Source of the DNA: Diadema antillarum
Taxonomy: Eukaryota
DNA length: 64,000 nt
Reading direction: 5' to 3'
NCBI RefSeq assembly: GCF_040938485.1
Contig: NW_027271831.1
Coordinates: forward strand, 310,001 to 374,000
The position numbers and the translations under genes are program-made. Shown one piece after another: positions 38,468 to 52,042 of this stretch. Each line of letters opens with the position of its first letter. Positions within the stretch are counted from its first letter, which is position 1. A model generated the notes under the pieces. The model worked only from the letters and a program-made list of their open reading frames with translations. It did no database searches and was not told where the DNA came from.

Positions 38468-41400
38468 ATGACTACACGCGACTTGAAGAAAGCACTGAGG
38501 GCAGAGGGAGGAGGGGACGCTCTCCCTCTGCTGAGTTCAACTCATGAAGATGAGCAGGCATTCCACGAATTGAGAAAGAAGCAGGAGGCTCGCCGCATTG
38601 AGGCAACTCGCACCGAAGCAGATGCTATGCTTGCAGAGCGGGGCTATGGCAACGACTTTGACGGAGAGTATCTTCTCCAGTTCTCGGCCAAGCAGAAGCG
38701 CAAGACAGTCCTCATCTTCCATGATGCCTTCTTCTTGATTCTCGACTATCTACAGTTCTACGCACTCATCATGGCCATTGCCCTGCGCTGGCCATGGCCA
38801 TATGGATGGATGCAGTACACCCGCTTCATCCTCTTTGCAAACCTGGATATCTGGGAGTTCCTCAAGCTGAACACGCCCAGTATCTACGAGGCAACAGTTG
38901 ATAGGTTCATTGACAGCACTCTTCTTCCCTTCGACTATCGCTTCCTGTTGCTGGCCTGGGCCATATTCATTTTCTTGTTCATCACTGTGTATGTCATTGT
39001 GTACATCAGCATGTACTATCAGAAGAAGTACAATCTACTTCTCCAGGTGGCACGCTTCAAGCGCACGTACTTGCTCCTGGTGCAAGTGTTTGTGATGCCT
39101 GTAGGGGTTGCCCTAGCCAAGGTCTTTCACTGCAATGTGGATAACAACATGGACGTCCACAACCAAACACCATGTGGCAGTGCCGAGCACATTGCCTACA
39201 TGGGCGTTTCCCTGGCCATCTTCTTTGGGCTCTTCATCCTAATTCCCGCGTGGATGATTGTGAAGATCAAGTCTCAGATCTTCAGTCTGAAGGCACAGCG
39301 TCATGAAGGTCACCTGCAGCTCAAGGAGGCTGAGTATGCCCATTCCCTGGACCTCATCTGGGCATTGAACCTCTACCATATGTTCTCCTCCTTTTCTCTT
39401 TTCTGGGTGTACTTCCGCCCAATCATGTTCTTCCTGAAGCTCATCTTCATTGTGGCCTATGCTGCCATGCTGTGGCTCCCAACCTGGCAGATGCTGGTGA
39501 TTACCATCCCCATCCTTCTCCTCTTTGTTGTCATGGTAGTCAAGTGGCCTTTCAGAGTCAGGTGCTTCAACTTCCAGTTGGGACTGACCTTCCTCTGCAT
39601 GCTCATCCTGGCTTTCATGGGCTTCATGCAGAACATGGACGGACTGGACTCGGTCTTCTTCACAGTGGACTATCTCTTTCTGGAACTTCTGGTCCTGAAT
39701 GTAGGTTGGCTTGGGATGACCATCCTGTGGCTTGTCTATGTGATCCTCCGCTACACTGGCTGTCTCTGTAAATCCAGACCTCTGTGGCCACAGCTCACTA
39801 GTAGTGGTCTTGATCGGCTCGACGAGAACACCCAGAAGTACATGCGTGCAGTGCTCTGTGGACGCATTGTCCTGGAAGAGGCTCTCTCAACCACACCGCT
39901 GTTTAGTCCTGCCCATGAAGTGGCAAGGCAGATCCAGATCATCAATGCCTACTGCCGAGAGGCAGAACTCCTGCAGGACCAGATTCACGACACCCTCTGG
40001 GATCTCCTGGATGAGCTGATTGAGGCCCACAGCCGCATCGCCCAGACATCCCTGTTTGCCGAGTCCGTCAAGCCCTCGATACGGGAGACAGCCAACACCT
40101 TCATGAAGCTCCTGCCCGAGTTCAAAAGGAGGCTGGCACAGCGGGAGTACGACTTCTGCCTCATGACGTCCCAGAAGAGACGAATGCTTCTCAAAATGTA
40201 TACACTTGGTAAGTTTTTTTTTTTAATTTCTTCCTTTTCTAAAAGTAATTTTGCTTGAAATGATGTACAGATTTGAGCGAACACTTTCAATTATGTTCCA
40301 TCTGTAGCAACTGCATTATCAGTGACAGCTTTCTCTTTGGTCAATTTGCCTGAAATTGTACCCATTGTCTTTAATACTTTGTTTTCTTTTCCACCCTATC
40401 ATCATGTTACATGGTCCATTATTTTCTTGCAGGTGTGTTTGTAAATGGCAGAGTGGCAAAATCCAAACCAGCAGCTCAGAGGGAGGCAGTGGAGAAACTC
40501 TACAACCCTCTAGTGTCTGTGGTCCTGCAGAATAGAGGAGTTGAAGGTAGGTTGCAATGAAAACTCTTCTGTAGAGACTGTTCAGTGACCTGCATTTATA
40601 GGTAGAATTCTTATCATGAAGTGATGATGTAATGGGGGTACATGATTTCATTTTACAATGTCTTAAATAAAAGACTATATGTCACAAAGTGCAGGCACTC
40701 CATTGGCAGCCTTTCATTGTTAATGCACCCAAGTCTAACAAGTGTAGGTATTGTACATGAATGTGCCAAATATATTCTACAGTTAGTACAAGTTTTGCTT
40801 TAATGATTAGATACCTAACATCACATATTATAGTTTTAATTTAAACCCGAACAAGCCTCTTAACATAGTTTCATTGATGTTTGTAATTCTTGTGTCGGAT
40901 AATTTTGATATCAACTATGGAGCATCCCGACATTCATGTTATGTGTTTTATGTTCTGTCAAAGCTGTTTTTTCACAGCTGCTAAAATGTAGATTGGTAGC
41001 TGACAAGAGGGTGTGTCCTAGGGGCACTTCATCAAGCATTCTTGTCAGATATTTTTTTCTGACAAATTTGCTCTCAACCAGTCAGATGCAAGGATTTCAG
41101 TAGCTTGTAACAGTTTGTCAGAAAAAAATGTTTGACAAACTGCTTGATGAAATGCCCCTCGTAAGTACTATGGTATAACAGTATATCACAGTCTTTCTCC
41201 ATGGAATATTTGGAGCCACAATCAGGCTGGTTTTAATCTCCATTCCTCATCGCTTACAATGATTTCCTCCAGGTGATGAGGGTTACTATGGCAACGACTA
41301 CAGTCAGAAAGAACTGGAGGCAGGACCCACTGGGTATCGTCTGAAGCAGAGGCAGGGACCGGCAGTGATTATGGAGATTGATGAGGAGGATGACGATGAG

Positions 41401-43231
41401 GAGGAAGATTTGATGCCACCCTGGATGCGACCTCCAACATCTGTATCTGTAAGAATGAGACTTTTTTTTTGTAGCTAATCTCCATGATACAGCTCTCTAT
41501 TATACAATGTTTTATATATGTATTGTATTATATGGAAATATGTGGACAGCCATGGCCTAACACTGTGCAATATTGGAGATGTTTGCATCATAGCTAGGAT
41601 GCAACTGTAAGTTAAAAACAGAATACAAATTGCCTTGGTAATCAATGTCACCTTTTCACTGAATAATGTTCACATAAAATGATCACTTGATGCACTCGAG
41701 TCAAGTATTTTCAACATTTGCAGTAGGCATTGCTGGTAAGGAAACATGCTTGCGTGATGGCAGCTGCCAAAAATTGAGCGCAACAGTATATATATGAAAG
41801 TTCTGTTTTTAGTGTGCTGACATTACCTAAGGATAAAACAGGAAGCTCTTGCATAATTCTTTGTATCACATGTGGGGATTCATGAGTACAATACACCACT
41901 TTGCAGTGGAGTCTACTGTATGAAGTTTCATGTTTTACCTCTGAGATTTAATTCATAGGTAGGCAGATTATGAATACCATCTTACCCCAAAAGGCTCATC
42001 ATTTCTTATTCTGTTACCATGGATGTGCTTCTCTGTCATATTAGTACATTAATAACAAACATTTTACTGAATGGCAGGTCATGTCTGGGGTGTCGTCCAT
42101 CAATGACCGTGACGACGATGATATGACAGCCATGATGTACGGCATTCCAAGTCGCATGGGGACTGCAGCTTCAGTGGCGTACACCACACAAAGGTATGAC
42201 CTCACCTTTAGACAAGTTCTACGTATCATAACAGTGAACCCACATTCATGTAAACTGAAAAGCGTGGCACAGTCTGTTTTATCAGCTCAAGTTGAAAACC
42301 CAATTACGCTTCTGGTGTGGAATCTCGCCCTTATTGTCAAGATCAAGTGATATTCTTGTACCTTTCAAATACTGGTATTTCATGGAATATGATTTTGCTA
42401 CATGTAATGGGAAGCAATCACTTCCTTCGATTACAAGTGTTTCCCAATCCACAGGACCTGCACATGTCACACACTGCAGCTTAAATCTAAGTATCTTGTG
42501 TAAAATCACATTAGGCACCTACTCTTTGTTTTTTGAAGTGCTGCATTATATTTTAATCACTCATATTGGAAATATGCATTAAATAATTTTGCCTCAGTAT
42601 GGAGTGAAATCAGTTGTTGCCCCGGTGATGCAGGAAAAAAAAATTATGCACACTTTAAAGGGATCGTATAGTTTTGGTTGAGACCTAATTTCAGGTTTCT
42701 AACATTTTTTGGTGAGATAATGAGAAACCTCTTCTAAAATATGAAAGAGCATGTAATTCTACTAGGAATTCAACGTTTATTTGATGAAAATTGGTTTTGA
42801 AATGGCTGAGATATCCAAAAAAGACAATTCTAATAAAGTGTGGGACCCACACGATCGCTTTGTTTTACTTTGTTTTTGGATGTTTCAGTCATTCCACACC
42901 CGATTTTCTTCAAATAAACTTTGAATTCCTCTTAAAACGGTATGTTCTGTACTATATCATAAGTGTTTTCTTAGTATCTTGCAAAAAGTTAAAAGTCCAA
43001 TTCTCATCTCCACCAATACTGTACCATCCCTTTAACTTGATATCTGACCTTTTGTTACATTTATTGTTTCCGTTTCCTGTTAGTGCTGGATCGGTGCAGA
43101 GGCCACCCAGAGCCATCTCACAGTCTTCACTGGCTCGTTCCCAGAGGGGTTCATCATCATCCTCCCAGACATCCGTCAGAGTACCAAGTCGCCTTGGCAA
43201 CAACATTGAAGACATTCCAGAGGAGCTGTAG
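38468..43231 (+). CDS. Uncharacterised multi-pass (about 8 hydrophobic segments) membrane protein, 764 aa; coding exons 38468-40208, 40433-40546, 41273-41448, 42078-42193, 43084-43231
   Basis: A 580-codon open frame with strong GC3 codon bias, then four phase-compatible GT-AG exons (sum 2295 nt) ending DIPEEL*. Acceptor tttcag at 38378-38383 precedes the ATG, implying an upstream non-coding exon. Hydrophobic stretches are visible by eye; no orthologue recognised. Confidence 0.88.
42659..43031. mobile_element. Second TTAA-flanked Kolobok-like MITE family
   Basis: TTAA|AGGGATCGTATAGT...ACTGTACCATCCCT|TTAA. Confidence 0.8.
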
Positions 43232-45285
43232 AACCTCTTTTTTCTTTCTTTCTTTGTACAAATCTTCTAGTGAGTTTAATGTGCCGTTATGTTTGTGTAT
43301 ATCACTTCCCCCACCCCTATTGTGTGTTTTTTCCTCTCTCTTTTTTTTTTTTTTGGGGGGGGGGGTAGGATTGAGTGTGAATTTTATTCATTTAATTTTG
43401 TCTGTACTGTATCAGTTGCAGGAAGACTGTGGTATGAAGCTGTTACAGCAACATGCATTACCTTGAGGAATAGATCAATCTTCTGTTAACGAGCATTTGT
43501 CCCATATTCTGAATTTGTTTGAAAGTTGAATGGAGACCAAAGGTATGGAATGATATTTGTGTACAACAGAGCTTATTTAAAACGCCTTGTTCCTCATATA
43601 TGTTTTGTACTCAGCATTCAGCTCCCCTGGGAAGGGGGGGGGGGGGGGGAGGGGTGGTTACTTTTCTAACACAATTGTCAAGAAGATAATATTTGTACAA
43701 TCATGCACTCCAGATTTATGCAACTATGAGATGAGTTCAGTGTTTAAACTGGAATGAAGGAAACACTAACAGGTTTCCAATTCACTCACATCATGCCACA
43801 AGTGCCTCAGAAATAACACTTTGTCAGATGCCTGCTTGGTGTCCTCCATGTATTGCAAAGGAGCAAGCCGAAGAGATAAGAATCTAATCACTTCAGACTG
43901 CAGGTTGTTTGTTCCTGCTCATGTACAAGAAGACATGGGACTCTTCTTTCAGTCTCCAGATACAAATGGGTCTGATGTGTGCCTTTACTAAGAAACTACA
44001 GCTCAGGATAGCAGTTGCCATGTGAGTGACAATTAGAAAATGTATCAACCCCAAATGGTACCAAGTTCATTTCGGAATTAGTGTAACTTTCCACTTCCAA
44101 TCGGCAACTTAATACACAACATCAATGGCATTTTGAGGTACCAGTCCCAAGAGAGTCAAATAATGGTGTGTTTATTGTTGTTAGCATGAATCATTTGAAA
44201 GGTATGCAGAAGCAATGCATGCTAAGGTACTCTAATGAGAGCACTGTTTTTACAGCTTATGTTTGACCAGCATTTTGACACCTTTCACACAACACCAAAA
44301 CAATTTGGCAGGGTTAGTTCATGGCATTGTAAACTACAAATATCTTTGGTCGCTCATGGGCAATTTTAGGTGCACAACTTTAAAATTGTTTGGTAGAAGC
44401 TCCATATTCAGACCTATTCAACAAAGCAAATAAAAGGAAAAACATTCTTTTTAATGGATGCACTCTTCAAGATTTTTATAACCTACTTGTTCAAGTGAGA
44501 ATTCACTTCTATAGTTTCAAATTCTGGACAACTCAAAACCTGCATTTGCTGCTTGGAAATGAAAATATACCAATGTATTTTATGGCGGTCATGACATGCA
44601 ATAGTTTGTAGTTGCACATAGCTTCCCTTATAAACTAATGCACTGTCATTGATTCTGAAATATAGGGCAGTACAGTATGTTCTTTGTGGGTTATCTTCTC
44701 ATGGATATTTTTTTTTGTTGGTAATATTGAGATCATGTTTAATGATGTTGAGGATAATATGTTGTACATTTTCAAGAACAGAAATTGCATTGTATATGAT
44801 TGATAGCTTTGATTTTCATGTATATATGTAAGTATAGTGTTTGTGAACAGTAGCTGCATTATTGCATGCGTCATTGTGCTTGTTGACCATGTGATGTATT
44901 TGTATTTTTCTTTTTTTTTTAAACCATATATTCAGAATTCACATTCTCTAATAGATATTTATCATCTCTCGTGTAAATACACATAGATGCATAATACCTA
45001 ATCTTGTGTACATATCAAAATACAGTGCTTTCAAACTCTCAAGATAGGGTAATATTTGAACAAAATAAGAGTCTTTCATGCATTATTTCTTACAAGTATC
45101 ATTCCATTGAAGATGATTATTTTCTTATTCATGTGCAACAGTTAAAACTGGTGTCCACACAATTTACATGAACTTGTAATACATTTTTGTAAGTACATGT
45201 ACACTGTACATGCATTATGGAGCAGGTACACAAGTCTACAAGAATCAAAACCCTCATTTAGACTGTTGATGCGCGATTACCATAA

Positions 45286-45491
45286 AGGGCAATTCCGACA
45301 ACTTGTGAGACAATGACATCATCATTGTACTCATTTACATATTCATGTTGACTGTTCAAGAACTGTTTCGCAAAAATCATTGAAACTTCTCAATTTCTTA
45401 ATCTGTCTGTTTTTTATACCATTTCGATCAAATTTTCAGTGATGTGCGGATTAAATTTTACTCTTTCATTCAAGTGGTCAGGAATTGCCCT
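45286..45491. mobile_element. Third Kolobok-like MITE family
   Basis: ATAA|AGGGCAATTCC...GGAATTGCCCT|TTAA. Confidence 0.7.
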
Positions 45492-47147
45492 TTAAAGGTC
45501 AAGTGAATTCATTCTTCAAGAATTGCATCATGTAAGAGCAAGTTGAATTTAAGCAATCATTGTGTACTGCAAGGGTTTCTACATTGTATATAATTTTCAG
45601 TACTGCCTTTTCTAAACTGGATTTAGCAGGAAAAGTGTCCTGTTTTTCATACTACAGGATTAGTCCGTCCATCTCATTCGTGTGAAATAAAGATTTACAA
45701 GCTACATCAAGAAAGAACAATGTAAATGGCTCCTTTGTTCATGCTTTGTAAGTGGCGTTCCAAGAGCTCAAATACAGGTGACTCCCATTATAACAAATTC
45801 CAGCTGGACTGACAGTTTTCTTTCATTGTATTGAACGGAACAAGTATACGAAGATACTACATGGATATACAGTACCTGGTACTGGTAATCACTTTGGGAC
45901 CGGAAGGTTCACTTTGCAACTGATTGACAAATATCTCGACGGAAGAATTTCATGAATTTGAATGTTTGCTTTGTTGTAATAAAGTTTCTTCATAACCGTG
46001 TTAGTTATAACGGGAGTGCACTGTATCTGTCTATTCACAATCTCTCTCTCCTATCTTTCTCAAGCTACATGTAGTAGTATTACACTCTTATCCCTCAACT
46101 GATTTTATATGCTTTGCTATGAACTATTATCTCATTTATAGTATACTATGACCTCACACTTTTTTTTCTCCTCTCTCATCTTCAAAATTCAATATACCCA
46201 TCCTCTTCCCTATTTCTATATTTTTGACTTTCTTATTTCTTCCTAGGCACAAACAACAGAGAGTAGTAACTTATTGGTGTGAATGATTAGTTCATGTACC
46301 AAATATTGGTGTTGAATGTTCCCTCAAGATTTGGTGGTCGAGGTTGGCCTGATGCTGTTTACCACGTAGCCATTATTCTGCTCTAGGTGATGTGATTTGG
46401 TCTAATGGAATGTCAGTGATGTGTTAGTGCTGAAGATACACAGATGTGTTTCGTTTAGACCATGAAACCGTCGTGATGCAATGTATCAAGTTGAACACTG
46501 TGAGAGGGAGGTTAAGCAGTGCTCAATCCAAAACAGTCTCAAATTGAATGATTGAAAAAAAAAAAAAAACTTCACCCCCCCCAACTTACAAATTTCATCT
46601 CGATTCCACTGAGGAATACCATTTTAGTTGTGAAGTTTGATGAAGCGTGAACATGTACACTAGTTGTGCGCACCACAACCGCCAGAGACCTGTGTGTGAT
46701 ATTTGATCAGAACGTGGTTGGGAACAGAACAAATGTGGAACTTCTATAGCTCTGTGTGATTTTTTTGAAAGTTCTTCAGTTCTTAGAGTTATATAAAAAA
46801 AACAAAAACAATGAGAAGCTTGTACAAGCTCTTGTGACATGTTATCTAGACTACCATAATAGTTTGCGAGTGTCTCCATCCAGTGGCTCCAGAATATCTC
46901 GGTGAATCTTAAGTACAGTATGTCCCCCCTCCTGCAACTTCAGATAGACTCAGAAAGATCTTTAGCATTGTTCTGTGATAGTGATATTGACAGCGATTTC
47001 TTGCTCATGATGCCCATCTACAATGGAACTCTATTTCATCCTACACAGTGGACTCGGCCACGACTTAAAAGTTTAAAACCGTACTAGAAAGACATCTATT
47101 TCAAAAACATCTTAAATGAGTTGATCGCGTGTTTGCATTTAACTACA

Positions 47148-47298
47148 NNNNNNNNNNNNNNNNNNNNNNNNNNNNNNNNNNNNNNNNNNNNNNNNNNNNN
47201 NNNNNNNNNNNNNNNNNNNNNNNNNNNNNNNNNNNNNNNNNNNNNNNNNNNNNNNNNNNNNNNNNNNNNNNNNNNNNNNNNNNNNNNNNNNNNNNNNN
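47148..47298. other. Assembly gap (N run)
   Basis: 151 N. Confidence 0.99.
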
Positions 47299-48730
47299 AC
47301 ATAGAGACACAATGCAGTGATGTGTGCTATTAAAGCACCGTATTATCCATATCATCTTTCTCTTCTTCTATCCCTCCCCCTCCATCTCTCATAACAAGAT
47401 GACATAAGCAGTGGCGGATCCAGAGGGGGCGCAACCGGCGCACGCCCTCCTTTATTTTTCGTTAAAAACAAAAAAGAAAAAGAAAAAAATTGAAATGAAA
47501 CCCGGAAGTGGCACCAGAAATATTAGTCACGCCCCCCCCCCCCCCTTTACAGAATTCCTGGATCCGCCCCTGCGTAAGCAAGAAGAGTTAGACACACACA
47601 ATAGCCTACAGATATAATCTCTTGAATATCTTATTTGATTTTCATTGATTATATTATTTGCATTGAAATATTCGTCACAAAACGTGCACATGCACAAATT
47701 CCAATCACTAGCAATGCAGTGTAGTACAAGGAAACCTCGTTATAACGAGGACCTAAACCTATGGACATTTATACCTTGTTACACAAATCTTGTCAGATAT
47801 CTTACTATTCATTTTGTATTGATTCTCATCATTGAATGACAACACTCAATGAGCAATGCTACTGTTGAACATGTAATGTGTATAATATGATAATACGGGT
47901 GACCACTTGAAGGAAATAAACAGGCAATCTTTACTGCCAGGCGGCAGTGGTATGGTATACAACATGGTATCCATTTTAGTTTTATTAAAAATTGGTTGCA
48001 CGTCACTTGTACATTAAAAGATGAAACGGTAAATCAACATTTTAAATGTCCCTCCTCAAACCTTTTGTTATAATGTTACGTTTAATACTAAAAAATGTTG
48101 AACCATCATTTCAGAAAATCCACGGTAAATAAAAAATTTTGAGTGTTAAATCTAACATACAAAAGGATGGAATATTGACAACATTTAAGATATTGATTAA
48201 CTGCCTCGTTTTTAGACTGTATGTCTTCCGCATAGGCCCTACACTTCTTTATGTGAAGGTTCATTTAAAGATATGGCTTTTGCATATATTATGTAAAAAA
48301 TAGCATCTTTGGACACACTTATTATTCTGATGTTGCCCTTGACTGCAGCGCTGTACAACTATGTCTGTTGCATTATGATGGTAGTTCATCACTTTTAGTT
48401 ATCAAACCTTGTTTTCACACTGCGTCAATTTGGGGACGGTCAGGGAGAGCAGCAAGCTATGACTGAAATCCTTCTACTTCAGAAGAGGGAAGTCATGTGG
48501 ACATGCAATGGTGAATAGGGCAGTAAGGTGGCCGAGTCAGACTCAGAAGTGCATTCACCTTGCAGTCAAAATGCTCTGGTTTGAGTCCCAGTGGGTCTAG
48601 TTAAAGCAGAGCTGTTCAATCGTGTCATCCCCAGCATACAGTAAGAGGAAAAACACCCTGCCCCTCGGACTGAGCAAATGATTGCATGCTGCATGTGTAT
48701 TGTATTAACGTCGGTTACAAATGTACATGT

Positions 48731-49030
48731 GAATCCCGTTAGGCCTGGTATAACAAATTTCTGTGGACTGGCAAGTTTTCTTTCGTTATTTTGAAAACTT
48801 GTCATAGCCTAACAGTTTAACTATGTATCATGTAGATAATAACTTTACCACCCGAATCTTAAGATTCACAGTGGGTCACAATAATTATTTATTTATAGGC
48901 GAATCCTGATAGGCCTTTAAAGATTAGCCCTTAGGACTGGCAGTTTTCTTTCATTACATCCAGAAGTTGTCATAGCCGAACAATAAACTATACAGGTATA
49001 CGTAGATAATAACTTTAGTATCCGAATCTT
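48731..49030. repeat. Diverged tandem duplication of about 170 bp
   Basis: GAATCC..TAGGCCT, GGACTGGCA.GTTTTCTTTC, TTGTCATAGCC, GTAGATAATAACTTTA and CCGAATCTT each recur at a 169-170 bp offset. Confidence 0.7.
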
Positions 49031-49998
49031 TACTTCGTTGCGTTGTAAAGAGAGTTTCATTATAAGCGTATTCGTTACAACAATAGTTCACTTTACCTAT
49101 ACATCGCAAATGTACCTACAACATCACTTCTCGTTAAAGCAGGGCATGCCTAGTCGATATACCACCTCTGACAGCTATTCAACCTTCGTAAATGTCTACT
49201 TCTCCAGCGCGCTATATATACCTTGCATAATTAGCATTGACCATAAAAAGCTGATTGCAGAAATATACATTGTGCATAAGCAAAAAACAAAACACAAAAC
49301 AATAATGATTAATAGTGATAATAAATATAAGCCATTTGTACCAACATGCATGTTGGCTTTTAAATTTACTTATAGATCAGCATTTGTGGTATCTTAATAA
49401 TTATTCATGTAATCTTTATAAATGGTTCGGGCATATTTACAGCATATCCATGCAAGCCTTGTATTTTGCAATTTCAACAGAAAAAAAATTGTCAATAAAA
49501 TCAATGCACAAAAAAAAAAAATAAATGGACGCTTCCCCCATGTGATAATTCACGGACCATTGTCGCTTGGTCATCGCAAGACAATCTTTGTTTGAACATA
49601 AATTGTTACATCGGACAAGATTATGCATTAAGTCGATTTGAAAACGAGTGAAGTGTTTAACCAACTAAAACAAAAAGGTAATTTGTACCAATGTGTATAT
49701 GAATTAATTCCAAACTGTCTTATTCCTCGAAATCTATTCCAGCAACTTCAAGTTGCCACACACGTGAAAGGATCAAGTTTTATCTGGTAAATATTATACT
49801 GCAAACAGAAATTCACCACAGTGTATTATACCTTCCACATGATTTGTCAGTGCGGGTTTTATTTCCTTAATTTCTGTTGCATCAACGTGTACAGCCAAGT
49901 TTATACTAGTATCTCATTTACAGCATATATGAAAGAGAATTAAAAACACAAGACAAAAACAAAAACAAGTCTTTCCTCATCATCGTCTGATGATCATA

Positions 49999-50532
49999 CA
50001 CTGCAAAAGGTCCGGTGTTAGATATGAAACACCAGGCTGGTGTTAAATTTCCGGTGCTCATTCATGGTGTTAGATTAACACCTCCTGGTGTCATTTCAAA
50101 ATTTAAAATTGTTTTTTTAATAGTTTCTTAGTTACTGCACTTCTTGTTAATTTTGAACTTCAACAAGACGATAAAGAATTTTCCGATAAAGTACTTGATT
50201 TTTGAAAAAAATGTGTAAGTACATTTACACCACAGTAACACCAGTTGGTGTGGTCCCCTAATTGAAGCTGGACGGGTGTATACCATTGAAATGAACACCA
50301 CCAATATGAAATCAACACCATGCGGTGTCATTATTGAATTAACTCTAGCGCAGTGTCAAAAATATCTCCAGCCACAGTGTCAAATTAACACCACGAAGTG
50401 CCAGGTGAACACTTTTTAACACCGTCACAATACATTTTCTATACACATGTGGGTGTGGTCCTCTATTGAAGTTTGATTGGTGTTAGATTTAACACCCATG
50501 GTGTTAAATCTAACACCGATGTTTTTACAGTG
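49999..50532. mobile_element. Non-autonomous CACTG-ended (EnSpm/CACTA-like) element, copy 2
   Basis: CACTGCAAAA...TTTTACAGTG with TA on both flanks (2-bp TSD); inverted homolog of 4376-4881. Confidence 0.8.
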
Positions 50533-50715
50533 TAATGCTAGCTATATAGCGTTGAGACATGACTATAGATACATACATATCATAGCTACTATATTGGATG
50601 ACTTGGGGACTATATAGCTGAAATGCGTAATTATGATCGGTGAATCTGCATAACCGCGAGGACAATACTTCATATCATTAATTCTTGTCTTTGTCTTCTG
50701 AAGCTTGTGCGGATG

Positions 50716-52004
50716 CTACAATTCTTCGATGTACCTCGTGGGGATCTTGTATTGAGCTAATGGAATAAAACGAACAGTAAAGAAGCAGAGACACAGGTAC
50801 AGATTACGAGACAGAAGTTGATAGTCACCATTTCCTTCATGCCTTTGACAGATTTTATAAAACGGAAAGCTGGAAGAAAGCTGGGATTAATATTCTGAAT
50901 TAACTGATCAGCAGTTAGAAAAGCACACCTCGGTCAAGGCTAACGCGTCACTAATCAAAAGATCTGCGTAAACAGTAGCCTTTCAAAAATCCTGGATCTG
51001 GGTCGTGATTCAGATCACCATCAAAAACAAATCACACGTTCCCTTTACCATACTGGACCCGTTTTACTTTCATTAAGATTTGTTCATAACTTTTCCAGTA
51101 ATACGGACAAACAAGCACACAACCAAATACGAGCAAAAACAAAATCGTCTTGGAGGCTGTAATAATCTGATATTCTGTAAAGAAAATACTTACATGGCGT
51201 CACAATCATACCATCCTTATTTTATATGATCAAAAGAAATTTGGAATTACACACTTATCCTATGCACATCAAAGAAAGTATAACTGCTTTTTGAAGCAAG
51301 TACCCCAAGTCTAGAATAGGACTCAAACCGAAACGAGTCATAGAAAAGAAAAGACAATGTACATGTATGAGGATCAAAGGATGAATATAATATCACTTTA
51401 GAAAATACAATGATCTACCCGCAATGAATGCGAGACAGATTACAACAATTAGGACGGTGAAGAAGATAGTTGCACTATATAGTCTTTGAACTGATAAACC
51501 TCACTCATATATAGCTACCTCAATTACATAACAGCCGACAGATCATACAAGAAACACATGACGTCATATATCCTTACCATCCCCTTACCCCGCCTCTGGC
51601 CTCCAATCTTAGGAATACCAAACAAGAGGGAAAAAAGTGTCACAACAAATTTTACACACCTGTTAAGAAATGCTTGAGAAACTTGATTTGGTTGCCCTGC
51701 ACAGTGACTCGTAGTCCTTCCTTGGCATTCTCGCTCTCCTTTACCGTGGTGCTGGCCTTTACCTTGATCTTCAGGCGGTGGGCAAATTCGTTTGGATCCA
51801 CGTTGAACTGTTGTAGATTGCTGATCATTGTTATCTGTTTGGAAGAGAGAGAGAGACACACACACACAGGAGGACAGACAGACAAAAATCGTAGATTGAT
51901 AGATATAGATATCGATAGATAGAGGAAGAGACAAATTGATAGGTATATAGGTACATACATAGGTAGATAGATATGTAGATAGATATATAGATATCGAGAT
52001 GTAT

Positions 52005-52042
<38 letters not shown>

